Shown here: positions 28,125-40,599 of the stretch, piece by piece
Position numbering within the stretch: the first letter of the stretch is position 1
Layout of the letters: each line of letters starts with the position of its first letter
Assembly: GCA_046563655.1 (NCBI GenBank)
Contig: CM102286.1
Coordinates: 6,386,001-6,450,000, forward strand
Direction of reading: 5' to 3'
From: Yuukianura sp. NJ FZ-2021
Taxonomy: Eukaryota
DNA: 64,000 nucleotides
Notes under the pieces: model-generated
The model's database searches: none
What the model saw: the letters and a program-made list of their open reading frames with translations, nothing else
What the model was told of the DNA's origin: nothing
Position numbers and translations under genes: made by a program

Positions 28125-29959
28125 TTTCACATTGGCGCACAAGACGCACGTTGTTTAGCAATTCGTATCTCCGGCTTAATTTTCGAGCGTAAAATGGCTG
28201 CTGTAAAATAAACAACACCAAAAGTTAAACTTCACAATTTCAATTTCAATGGTGGAACGAGAACGACCACTTTTTAATATGTGACTGATGAGTGCTAAAT
28301 TGACACTGAATTCAATTAGGAGGTATGTAAGGTAGTTATATCGATCCTGAGAAAAATTAAGACAATGTTATCGAAATGACCTGGTCATGTCGACGCAAGG
28401 TCGTCTGCCCAGTGTCCGGAGGAAGGACCTGCACTAACCTCCCTTGACCTTGACTTGTTTTCGTTTTCTCAAAGCAGTCAGGAAAAGATCAAAAACCTCA
28501 TCGTCATGATAAGCAAGCATAGACAGGACATAAGGATAGGAAGAATGACTAAAAGCATTGGTTTGAAAGTTTTTAAAAATTGTTCAAAAATTAAACGCCA
28601 TCTTTTTTTCTAAACAGCGCGCCATTTTCCTTTACTTTTGTAACTCTATTTTTCCCGCGGCGATTGTAACGTGACCTACCCTTCAACTGCAGTTTGTTGC
28701 GTTCGACGTTGCGTAGTTTACTTCTGGCGGGAGATGGGTGGGTGGGTTTACTATTGCGTCATTCTCCAGCCAATCGGAAACAAGAAAGTACTTGCTCGCT
28801 TGTGTCCAAATCATTCAAATGCTTCTCGTTCCTTGACCTTTCCATTCTCGTCCACACTGAATCAAAATTACGTCATTTTTCAAGATCAATCACCTTTAAC
28901 TTTAACTACGTTGTTTACGCACTATTTAGTATCATCATCTCATCATGTCGAATGCCCTGTACCTAACTAAACTTCCAATTCCATCTCAAGTTTAATTACA
29001 AAAGGTTAACGTTCCTTTATCTTTCAGACGACGATTCTGTCTTTAAGTAATTCGAGATGCTAGAATTACGTTACCAAGTACTGCCTAGGACCTGGTATTG
29101 CTTTAAAAACAAGCATCTGAAGCTAACGTCGTCATCGATGTCGTTTTTTGACCTAAAAAGTTGGGATTTGTTATTGAAAAAGCTGCCTCGGGCGTTCGAC
29201 CAGCACCAGCTGCTACAAACGTACAAAGTACTACAAAAAAAACTTCAACCTGGTGATAGCGTTGTGTTGTTAAAAACCCTGAACCCCTCTCTTGTTATAA
29301 AAAGTGTCCTTGAGCACAGATTCAATAGGTACTTCCCTACTTTTTGTTCACAAAAAAGGGACCTCGGTCATGCACCCCCTTAACCTAACAAATCAGGGTG
29401 ATTTTGTGGACAATAAGCTTACCTTTACGTAGAAGAAGAGCAGTGAAGGGCCCCCAAATCCCGGTTTGTGGACAACAATAAACACGTTACAAAAGACTTC
29501 CTGTTTCTGACTGATCGACACCTTACACTTTGTTTGTGGTTTTTGTGTTTGAACAAGTGCGAATGGAAGTGACGAAGAAGGGAGATAAGTCCACTTCGGA
29601 AGACGCTTGGAAAGAAACTGACGACGAAAAGGAAGATGCGATGACCACCCTCTTCCCCCACTTACTCACGTGATAACCGAAAATCGTAGTAAAGTCATAT
29701 GTTCCACCACATTTGGGTTGTAAAAGATTTTTTTCTTGAGATGTTCAGCGACCTTACTTTACAAAACAGAACAATGGTATAACTGTGTTATTTAGGTGGT
29801 GTGATCCTGTGTTCCGTCCAGAACGGCGTATCGGGTGTCCGATTATCCGCTATTCAAGTGTGCGTCATAACAAAAACAACCTTCACCTTCTCCCTCCAAA
29901 ACAGTTAATGCGGACATTGACCTCTCTGCGAGGCGCCAACAAGTCTCAACTTGTCACTG

Positions 29960-30590
29960 TCTGTCTCGCTCTCTCTGTCACATTACATTTGATACTCCGC
30001 CCACTTTTATTCCACCTCTTCTCTGGAAGGAACGGGGGACAACGCAACACAACCACAGGGGGATAACGGGATGCGTCGTCACTTCGTCCAAGATTTTGAA
30101 TTTTCCCGCCGTCTCTGCCTGTAACCTTGTAATGATGTCTTGATATCCTCATAACTCCCTCTTCCTACACGACAACTCAAACTCCCCCTCCCTCATGATG
30201 CCAAGAGAACAAAGGAGCCAGACTGGGGAACGTCGTCATGTCGTTTCCAGGATTTTGAAGTTTCCCGCTGTATCTGCTGTACCCTGTACCATACGAAGTG
30301 CAGCTTCTCTCCTCTCCCTACGCCCATTCTAGACTCCGCCTGCTTCCACAGGGAAGCGTAGTAAGGGAATCTCATGCGGCTGCGGGGAAACGTCGTTATG
30401 TCGTTGCCAGGATTTTGAATTTTCCCGCCTTATCTGCCAGTACCAAATCATGTACCGCATCACTCTTCTTTGTATGTTCACTCTAAACTCCGTCTCCCTC
30501 CGAATGGAAAAGTAACAAGAGAGTCATTTGGGGAAATGTCGCGTCGTCCGTCGTGTCGTTTCCTGGAACGTGAATTTTCCCGGTGCTGCT
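29960..30590. repeat. Diverged ~158-bp tandem repeat (about 4 copies) carrying E2F-like TTTCCCGC next to TTTGAA
   Basis: Core cgtcgt...ccaggattttgaa(t/g)tttcccgc recurs with TTTCCCG at ~30102, 30261, 30421 and 30576; the fourth copy is the most degenerate. Confidence 0.85.
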
Positions 30591-30686
30591 GCTTTTAATT
30601 AATAATAATTAATAATTAATTAATAATTTTATTCATAGATTCAATTTCTGCCACTTTTCAAGAAGGTGAGATTTCTATGTGGATTT

Positions 30687-30700
30687 ATTACTATGGTTAC
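30687..30700 (-). promoter_or_regulatory. Candidate RFX X-box upstream of the dynein CDS
   Basis: Reverse complement GTAACCATAGTAAT is a 13/14 match to GTNRCCNNRGYAAC. It lies in a 5' intron of an axonemal dynein gene. Confidence 0.5.
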
Positions 30701-30937
30701 CGTAATGTGCTACTAATTGTTATTCCTACTGTAGGATGTTAACGTTGTTATGAATATATCGTTTCCTTAGATTCGATTTCAGCAGATGACAACAATGCCT
30801 GTGCTGCGACACAACATTTATTGTTCATCCTACTGCTAGTACTGATCGGACGCCAAGCTTCGTGTTTTGGACTTGTACAGCAGTAATCGATTACTTTGTG
30901 CTTGGAAGACACATTTTTTGGAGCTTACAAATCAGCC

Positions 30938-33900
30938 ATGGAAGAGCAAGGTCAAGGAGACTCTGTACCTGCAAGTCGAACACGTCTGTCAAGCGGTGGT
31001 TCTGCGATTTTAGTTGCATCGAAGCTACTGCCTTCACATGTCGCATCAAATGAATCCATTACAGAGAAACTTGTTTGTAAGAATATACGAATTTGAAAAT
31101 AATTTTTAAAATGAAAGTAATGGCGGGATTCTATCAATTTCATTGTTCGCAGCCCTTGATGTGTCGCAACACAAAAAATCGATGCTTCTTCGTCCTCCAC
31201 GACTGATCCCTGGATATCCGAAATGCGTTGACCCCACTGTCGGGTATCCGGAATGTCTTCCTCCTGGGGAAATTGTGCGCAGAGCAATTGCTCCAGAGCA
31301 ACTGTGGGGTATTCCAGTCAACAAGCCTTTGACCAAGGAGCAGTTGATTGACCTCATGAAACAAATGGAAAACTATCCAACAAATGACTATCTCTACTTA
31401 TCTCACGTTTACCCGTTGAAAACGTTGGAGTTCAATCCTTACCTGTTCAAGTTGGTTATTATTCAATTTTCTGATTTTCCTAGTTTCGTAAAGTAATTCT
31501 TTGTTGCTTTTTTGTTTTTGAAAACTAGAATCGTTCAGTACAAGGATATTGATCCAAACAATCATTTTACGCTTAGCAAGTCTGGATTGATGCGTTTTCA
31601 AAAAGGAATGGCTGAATTTACCGACATGGTGAAATTTACCAAACAGCTTTACATTTACGACCGTCTTCGGCAGGTTATTCTAAAATACGTTCGTGATTGT
31701 CAAATCTTAACTTCAAATTTGAATAATTTTCGGTTTGTTTTTAGGTTCCATTCCTGATGTTGTATCCGATGTACAAATCTTTTCGAATTTGGAGAGCCAA
31801 TATTTGTCAAAGCCGAATGAAGAAAAATCGAAAGCTGTTGGAAGAATCCTTGTTCACAACAAAACGTCCTTTACGTGGACTTTTGACACTTCTTTTTAGA
31901 ATGATTGAAAAAGTAGCAATGACTCATTTTGATTTTTCTATTTTGAAGAATCAAGGAATTATTTGAATTTTTTATCTTTCAGATTTCTGAGATGGGATTT
32001 CTCTCTTTTGTGACCACTTCAACCTACGACGTGAAGGATTTCGTAACAAGCCAGGAAAATCGTTTAGAAATTATTCTCAAACGTTTCGAAGCTTTTGAAA
32101 AAATGGTGGTGGAACTTACTGAGAACGCCTGCCGAACTTACTTGGTTGATTGTGGCTTTTCCGCCGATCATTATGAGGGGGAGGTCAAATTCTATCTGAA
32201 AAGCTTAACAAGTAAAACGATTCCTGCTTTCTTTATTTCCAGAATTGAGTTTTCAAAATAATTAACAGTTTGGATTGACTTGCAGTTCCAGTTGAGGACC
32301 TGAACGACGAAGTTTCAAATTTTATGGACTACCCCGGTCAATGGCTTCCGTATTCATTGCAGGCCAAAAAGAGGCGAATTTGTGGAAGACTTTCGAAGTA
32401 ATGTTTTTAGTTTTCAGATACTTGTGACTGTGACGTTAATTGGTTTTCATTGGATTGATTTCACTGTAAGTTTTGTTACTTTTAGTTTTATTCACCTTGT
32501 TGACTACTACGTTCAAGCTGCGTACCATCGAGTGCTAAAACGTTCCGTTTTACAACTAATGGTGGAATTTCATGCGCGTACAAAATTGATTCCCGGTGAC
32601 CTTGGAGGGCAGCTAGCATATTTCCATACATATTCAGTTCTTCGCAAGAAAAATGAGGCTTTGGTAATAATATGTTCGTTTGAATTTAAGTTTAAAGTGT
32701 TGGTTTTAATGCCAGGTTTATTTCTGAATTTAGCATGGAAAAATTGCGTCGACTGACACTACTGCAATTGGTCCGATTTTTGAACTTGGATGCTCGTACA
32801 ACGTAGACGGCATTACATTCAATCCACCACAAAACAAGTTTCTCAAGCACATACAGACTATTTTCAATATTTGGAAGAACGTAGTTTGTGGATATAAAAA
32901 TTTGCTTCCGGATGAAACGTTCAATCCATATACACAGTAATTTCAAAGTTCACCGCTTTTGTTTGAAAACCTGTTTCTTGATTTATTTGAAGCTGACATT
33001 CAAAATTTCATTTCCAGACCAATTGTGAACGGTTACATGGAAGCGAAAACTTGTGGTGATGGACCTAACGTTGAATTGCATTACAATACGGATCCAGATT
33101 TGTTCGAAGTTGAAGACACAATTGAAGCGATCATCAACCACGCTTTCCATGCTTGCAAACAATACGTGGATTCTTTTGACTCTATCAGACAGTTTTGTTT
33201 GGAAAACGATACTAGCGACTTCGAAAAGACGATTTCAGAAATTGAAAGTAAGGATACATTTGTTTTAAATTTTAGAATTACAAACGCTAAGTTTCAATTG
33301 GTGAATATTCTTTTTACACAGATGTTAATGAACTCATGAAGCTAATGGACAAGTATCACAAGCAACTGAAGCAAGTGGAAGAAATGGAAAAAGAAAAAGT
33401 AATCGGAATTTTCCTAGTCAACAATGAAATTTTTCGGGAAAATGTCACTCCATCGGTCATGCGTGTTATCGATGTTCTCCACGATCATATTCCGAAGTTA
33501 GCGGCGTTATTCAAAATCCTTTCGTATTAACTTTATGATTAACGAAAGTTAAAAACGAAACGCAATTTCAGGGTCGGGAGGAAGCTTCTGTGGGCTTTGA
33601 CGCTTCGGATTGAGGAGGCGGAAGCCAAAATCGCAAAATACCCAGAAACGGCGGAAGAGTATGCCGAATACTTGTTATTTCTAGACGATATTCAAAAACA
33701 GGTTAGTCTAAACGATAACATCTTAACCATCGTAAGGACCTTGAAAAATAATCCCAAATAATCCCGCGCTTTGCAGATGGATGACATTGAACGTGAACTT
33801 GATGACTGCGGTGAACTGGCAGATATGATTGAAACTTACAAAATGGAGACCACCGAAGACGAAACACAAGGATATGCCGTAAGCTGAATTTAAGAAAAAT

Positions 33901-35968
33901 TCTTTACCGTAAAACTTCTGAATGATGACGGTCTTAAAAAGCGCCAGGGTTCCCTTTTAAACGCCGAGATTAAGAGTTGAGATTTTTAATAAACGCCCGG
34001 GCATTTATCAGAAGTTTTGCGGTAGGCCTAATTGCTTAAGCAAATGATTAAAATGCTGATGTTTAGAATCTAGTGCCTCTTCTGAACAAACTTCGGGGCG
34101 ACATTGAAGATCATCTGGAGAATCGCGAAAAAGTTATTACCGAATTGCTGGAGCAGTTCGAAATTTTCCGCGCCAAAGTGTTTTCTGACCTTGAAGAAAT
34201 TCGCACACTTATACACGTATGAAAAACTGTGAAACAAAGTACTTTCGATTTAGTAAAAATTCAATTCAAAAATAATTTAACTTATTGTTTTCATTTCCAG
34301 GCTCCTAATGTTCTCGACGCTAAATCGGACACACCTTCTATGAAACTGACAATGCAAGACTGCAAAGACTTGCTGGAAAGTTATGTCGAACGAGCGGCCA
34401 AGTTTAACAATTACCAAAAGCAATTGGAGGTTCTCTAAAAAAATATCTTACGGATATTTAAGATTTAATTCTTGATTTGATTTGATTTTGATTTTTATTA
34501 TTTTTCTTTATTTTATTATATTTCTTACTCTGTTATTATTATAATTATTATTATTATTTTTTTTTGAAGTTGGAAGTTACAGACTACAGCGCTTTGGACG
34601 AACTAAACGTCGAAGTGAAACTGCGACATCAATTGTGGGAGTCGATGTTTAATTGGGATGTACAAAAAGAAGCTTGGGACAATTCTTCTTTTGCGATACT
34701 GGACCACGCAGAGATGACAAACGAAGTGAACAAGTACATTGAGAGCATCCGCCAACTCGAGGAAGGCTTGCCACCAAATGATGTCGTGCCAATTCTGAGA
34801 ACCAAAGTTGAATACATGAAGACACAAGTAATTGAGCAAAATGCAAAATATTCCAAAATCAAGAATAGGAGCAAATCGCCTGAATTTTGTTTGTTTCCAG
34901 ATTTCTTTGGTCTCACTTCTTCATAATCCACATCTGAAAGATCGCCATTTTGCCGTACTGGAGGAGAGGATGAATTTCAAGGTAACCGGTGATGAGCCAA
35001 CGCTCAAGAGCCTGAATGAAGCTGGACTTGAAAGTTTCACTGACTTCATCAAAGAAATTTCGGACCAAGCAACATCAGAGTACAATCTGGGAGTTGATTT
35101 GAGCGAATTACAAGATTCTTGGAAAAATACTGAATTTGGCATTATCGCTTACAAGGTAATTTCTAAAAACTTTTTACGAAAATTAAGAAAACCCTACTCA
35201 CGTTTGTTTTTGTTTTCAAGAACCAACGAGGCATATTTATTCTCGGAGGAATTGAGGAAATTAAAGCCAAACTGCAAGACACGTACATGCGAATGGAGTC
35301 GATTGCTAATTCTCCCTTCGTTGAACCAATTCATGAGCAGTTGGAAGAATGGGTTGCTCTGATGGATTTGTTTTCAAAGACCTTGGTAAAGATCTTATGG
35401 AAAACATTTGAACTTTCTACAAATCAGCAAATTATGAGAACTTACATCATCTTTAACTTGCTTTTTTTTTTCAGACTGACTGGCTTATATGCCAGCAGCG
35501 ATGGATTCAACTGGAAGGTATCTTTTCAGCTCCTGAGATTCAGCGCCAGTTTCCGGTTGAAGATAATTTGTTTGCTCAAGTGGACAAACGTTGGGTAGAG
35601 CTTATGCGACGAACTAACAAGGTCAGCACCACCGGAAGAACAAATCATTTTCTTTGTTGTCCTCATCTTCAATAATTATTATTATTCCTATACTTTAATG
35701 TTGTTATCAATAGATGCCGGTTGCAATCCGAGCTGCAATGACTCCAGGGTTGCTGGACCAGATTAAGTTGAACATTGAAACCATGGACGAAATCACAAGC
35801 AGTCTCGAAGAACAAGGTTTTACTCTGGCCAATTTAGAGTGTCAATCTGGGTCGGAGGGTGAGTGCAATATAAAACTGCTTGAATTGGTGGAAGAAGAGG
35901 AAGATGAGGAGGAAGAAGCAGAAGCAGAAGTCAGCAAAAAGCCACTCAAAAAGAGTATCCCAAAATAA
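30938..35968 (+). CDS. Axonemal dynein heavy chain, DNAH6-like; tail plus partial linker only, truncated before the AAA+ ring
   Basis: DNAH6-type N-terminal tail (FNPYLFKIV...FTLSKSG...KSFRIWRANI...LEESLF) and DHC_N2 motifs (NPHLKDRHF, ISDQATSEYNL, ILGGIEEI, SPFVEPI, CQQRWIQLEGIFSAPEIQRQFP..FAQVDKRW). The last exon diverges into an acidic/basic tail and stops at 35968. No Walker A motif. Confidence 0.8.
33907..34022. mobile_element. Small MITE (Tc1/mariner/pogo type) in a dynein intron
   Basis: Terminal inverted repeats CCGTAAAACTTCTGA... / ...TCAGAAGTTTTGCGG (1 mismatch in 15, extendable to ~25 bp imperfect), flanked by TA on both sides; internal AAA(A/G)CGCC subrepeats. Confidence 0.75.
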
Positions 35969-36562
35969 TATACACGAAAATATAAGAAAACACAAATAAT
36001 ATTATATTTCATAACAAAAATATAAAAACAAGAAGCACAAGACGCCATTTGTTTATACACAAATTCAAAAAAAACTGCCAGCCTGCCTTCAATCCATTGC
36101 ATATCCGACGCCGTCACGTGTGAAATATAGTTTTCGGGCTAAAAAGAAATTGGCGGGAAACGAGCACGAGTTTTTCAACACATTTGCTTGTCAACACAAC
36201 AATTCGCAGTTCGAACGTTCATAGCGAAAAGCGTAGTAAGTTTCCAGTGTTTTAGTATTCAGTTGACTATTTCACTGATTAATTAAGTTACAATTATTAC
36301 GGTATCTGAAACCCTAGCTAAATCAAATCAATCTCGGGTAAATCCGCTAAACGATCGACTTCGACATCCTTCGGTCTACTTGGAATTTGGAAATCACACC
36401 GCTAATCCGTTCTGGTCGACTATCCCTATCCTGGCGAGTATGTTAATCTGCTCTTTGTAATTTAAAACTGATTGAATATAAAATTGTGGTATTTTTAGGT
36501 GAATTCCAGGTGACAGCATAACAACGAGCGAGCACTGCTTAATTTTAACAACCAATCCAGTC

Positions 36563-38815
36563 ATGCCTGCATTCAGACCTGGTGGAATGAGCGATTCGGA
36601 TAACTCTGATGATGATGACTTCTACATTAATTATCCTAAGCCTTCTAAAAACAACGGCCACTTTGCATCAGCAGGAGCCCAACCATCTAAGGACGACATT
36701 GCAAAAATAGAGCAAGCTGCAGAGGTAAACATACACTTTACTTAACTGATTTCATCAAGAAGAAGGTTAAGGAAGGTATATTAGCTTTTGGTTGATGCAA
36801 CTAACTTTGTACTAACTTTGAATACATGACTTTTATTAGCGAAGACATCTGTATGTGAAAGCACTCAACGAAATTCTTTCTTGTTCTGATACATTCGACT
36901 CGGTGGAGGAAGCGTTGAACGGTAGCATTAGAATAAATAATCGTTCAATTTTGTTTCATTTATTACGAAAATTAATTGAGATTCATTTCACTTCTGAAGG
37001 GGGGGTCGCCATTAATGAGGTGAAAGACGGTGGATGGACGTTTTTGCATTATGCCTGTAGGGAGGGTAAACCGAAGACAATTGCGTACTTGTTGGGAAAA
37101 GGGGCCGACGTTAATCACATCTCTGAAAGTAATTAGAAAAAAATATATCTAATGTAGTATGCAATAATGGAATCCATGAAAGATATTTACAACGGCGTTT
37201 GTTTTTAATCTTGCAGATGATGGACTTCCACCGTTCATAGCTCTCTGTTCTTCCGAAAAGCGAAGTAATACTGCTCTCATGAAAGAATGCCTAGAACTGC
37301 TCGTTTCAAATGGTGCCCGTCTGACTTCGTCCTTGTCTGACCGTAATGGTTGCTCTCCATTATTATATGCTGCCCGGGACAATCTTCCAGAATTTGTTGA
37401 CCTCTTTCTTCAGTTTGGGGTCGACATCAACCATCAAGACATTGAGGGAAACACCGTAAGTCTTTCTTCCTTTGCGTTGTGAAGAGTGTTGCGATTGTTT
37501 AATACGAATTTTGTCGCTTTTTAAAAATACTAAACAGAAGTTAACAATTTCAGGCCCTTCATATTGCTGCTGAACGTGGGAACGGGAAAATAATCTGTAA
37601 ACTGTTGCAAAACGGTGCTCAAGTTGACTTACAAAATGAGAATGGACAGACTGCCTATGATTGCGCCACAGAATATAAATTCTTTCAGGTAAGCACATGA
37701 AAGTAAGCAGTTAGTAACAAGTATTCCTTCCACTACATTTGGCGGGTACTTCTCATTCGTTGCTTTCAGTCTTCTTTTAAATATCGTCATGTTAAGTTAC
37801 CTTCGTCTTAAATAAACCTGCCGTCGTCTTGTTACTTCTAGATCGCTGAAATCTTGTATCGAGTACAAACAACTAAATGGATTCCTGGCGGTGATCCAGC
37901 ATTAGTTCAACAGTTGAGAGATTCTGATTCACTGACGAAAGAATCGCCTAAAGAACAGTAAGAAAAATACAGTCTAAAAGTTAATATTCAATTAGCAATC
38001 AAACACCAAGTCATGTTTTTGTCAAGGTTACTTCGTCCACAGAGAGAAATCATTGACATGACCTTAGAAAGCATTGGATTTCGTGACTTAATTCCAATCT
38101 TCAAGAATCACAAAATGGATTTTCTGGGATTTCTTCGTGTCACAGATGAAGATCTTCAGAGTATCGGTATCAATGAGCTTGGCACTCGGCAAAAAATATT
38201 GGATGCTGTTCGGACACTTCATAATGCCGAATGGAATAAGTCTTCCGTAAATTCATTTTTTCTTCAAGGAAATATTACGTAAGGTCCTGCCGAATTCTTT
38301 GAAGCGTTTTCAACACATTTAACTTATGTTCTTGCAAAAATAACTTTCAGGAGTCCAGAAGTGGTTTGTATGTTGGATGACATGAAGAATCACATGGAGT
38401 TTATGTCTCAAACGATGGTGTTCCTGCTTAACAGGCTCAAGGCAGAGCCGAAAGCTTTGATTTCTGGTTCAGACCGAGCTCGACCTCTAGAACTTGCTCG
38501 CTACACAGAAGCCGCCATTTTAGCTGCTGATGGGCTCAAGACTCGGGCGAGGGAGCTTGTACAATTTTTCAAACTGGTGAGTTTTCTTTAACAACTTTGA
38601 ATTTAAAAAAAGTTACAATTTCTTTCTAAAAAAAATCTAACTCTTAGGTTGAGGATCGAGCTGATCTTAAAATTGGTGACTTTGTCGAGAAAAAACCAAA
38701 CCGAAAAACGAAATATTTCATTTCCGCTGCCGCCGTCGTGGTATTTGCTGCCGTCCTTTTGCGACCAACAAAGTATAACTTCTTACGACTCCCCTCGTCA
38801 TTCGTTAATTCCTAA
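36563..38815 (+). CDS. ASZ1: Ankyrin repeat, SAM and basic leucine zipper protein (GASZ; piRNA pathway, mitochondrial outer membrane)
   Basis: Acidic N-terminus (RPGGMSDSDNSDDDD), ankyrin repeats (GWTFLHYAC, GCSPLLYAAR, GNTALHIAAE), SAM domain (LESIGFRDLIPIFKNHKMDFLGFLRVTDEDLQSIGINELGTRQKIL), helical region, C-terminal hydrophobic anchor YFISAAAVVVFAAVLL; TAA 38813-38815. Confidence 0.85.
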
Positions 38816-39443
38816 GGACTGTGTGATCAATTTGAATTTCATATTTTTCTGTCAGTACTTAAGTATTTAAGGTTACTTTGCACTTGGAAGATATAAGTAA
38901 GGTAATACGGAACAATGGACTTTTTTACGTGATAGAGTTTGGACCTTACGAGATATTTCATGTCCTCTGTTTCCAACTTTGATCCGAATAAGAATTAACT
39001 TTTAAAAGATTTTTTGGCATACGTTTTAAGTTAATATTAATTCCAACTCCCCTGTTATCCGAAATTCCGTTTTCCGCACGGCGGCGTCTTTAGTGTGACC
39101 TCGCGATGGAGTAACGTGACGGAAGTCATTCTTCACACAAGACGCATGAATAGGTTTTAATTTGCTATTAAATGCGAAAGTCTATGCAAAACGATTTTTT
39201 CATGTTTTTCTAAACTGACAGGAGTATTTTCGAAAAAACTAAAACGTCTTGTGTACTTTCATCGTCATCTCATTTGTTTTTCATTTCTTCCTGTTGACCA
39301 TATCAGCGAGTGAGATTCATTGGGCACGGCTTAGGGCCTGCCTGGGATTAGTGGAAAAATGTTTTTTTTTTATAAAAAATGTTGGTAAAATATTAATTTT
39401 TACGATTTGGTTTTTAATATAGATAGTAAACGTGTTCAGTATT

Positions 39444-40438
39444 ATGTCCGATAGTAGCATGCGCAAACAAGACGACGATGACGACGTGGATTTCATGTCG
39501 GATGAGTTCTTGAAGGAATGGTAAAGTTTAACAACGCTAATTAGTATACTGATTGTTGAGCGTCATGTAGTTTTTGTAATACCCGTTTATTTTATTTTGT
39601 TTAGCACGAAGCAAGATGTAAGACCCGGATTACTTTTCAAATCCTCCGATAAGAGGCATCATGAACAATTAAAACGACAAAATGAACTCCGGCAGAAGCA
39701 GATAGGACACAAGGAAATGGAAGAAGTAAATCGAAAAGCAGGACTGGACAAAGCGATTGGGGCGGATAATAAAGGATTTCAGATGCTGGAGAAAATGGGA
39801 TTTACACCAGGGACGAGTCTGGGAAAACGATCTGCAAGCGTTCCAACACTGAAAGAGCCCATCCCCATTAAGATTAAGCATGGCCGTGGGTGCTTAGGAC
39901 AACAAACAGTGATGGAGGAGAAGCGACAGAAGAAGGAAGTGCTGGGCGACGTCAACTCATTCCGGGAAAGACTGCAACTGAACTCCGCTGCAACCCAAAC
40001 CAAACTGGACTTGGAACGGGCACGTCGCATATGTCAAACGCTTGACGAAGAATCGGTAAAGGAATACTATTAACATAAATATTGTTTTCGAATGCTAAAC
40101 TGTTGCTCGGTATTAACTCTTAGGGACGAAACGTACCGATTGAACCCTGGTATTGGCCACCACAACCCAAAGTCAACACTTCGGAGGATGAATTCCACGA
40201 TTCTGACGAGGAGCCAGACGATTCCGAAGATCCACCTAACGTAAGTTTTACTTCTGTTTTTAGAATCAACACTCTCCTGGAAAGAAACTAATTGCGCCAT
40301 TTTTAGTCAGAGCAACTTGAAACAGTTGTTGCCTTCTTGAGAACTACTTACTTCTACTGTATTTGGTGTGGAGTCAAATTCGATGACGCAGAGGACGTCG
40401 CTGCATCTTGTCCAGGTCTAACACGAGAGGATCATTAA
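39444..40438 (+). CDS. GPATCH11: G-patch domain-containing protein 11
   Basis: DDVDFMSDEFL N-terminus, G-patch NKGFQMLEKMGFTPGTSLGK...EPIPIKIKHGRGCLG, C-terminal LRTTYFYCIWCGVKFDD...CPGLTREDH*. Confidence 0.9.
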
Positions 40439-40599
40439 CAACACCTTTGATGTATTTAAGCATGCTTGATAAGTTTATTTTCAGTATGATTTTCATAATT
40501 TTATGATTTATAAATGCAGGTTTGAGAATTTAGAAGTTAAGGTGCTCAAGACATTAAATGTTTAGTACAAAATTGGTGAATTTGGGCACTTGATTTGTT

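Noticed and set aside
28511..28530. p53 response element for the BH3 gene
   Set aside because: Only one imperfect half-site (AAGCAAGCAT); the adjacent decamer does not fit RRRCWWGYYY.
28671..30486. Short ORFs between the BH3 gene and dynein
   Set aside because: Mostly non-ATG starts with no recognisable motifs; the region has UTR-type splice signals and a repeat instead.
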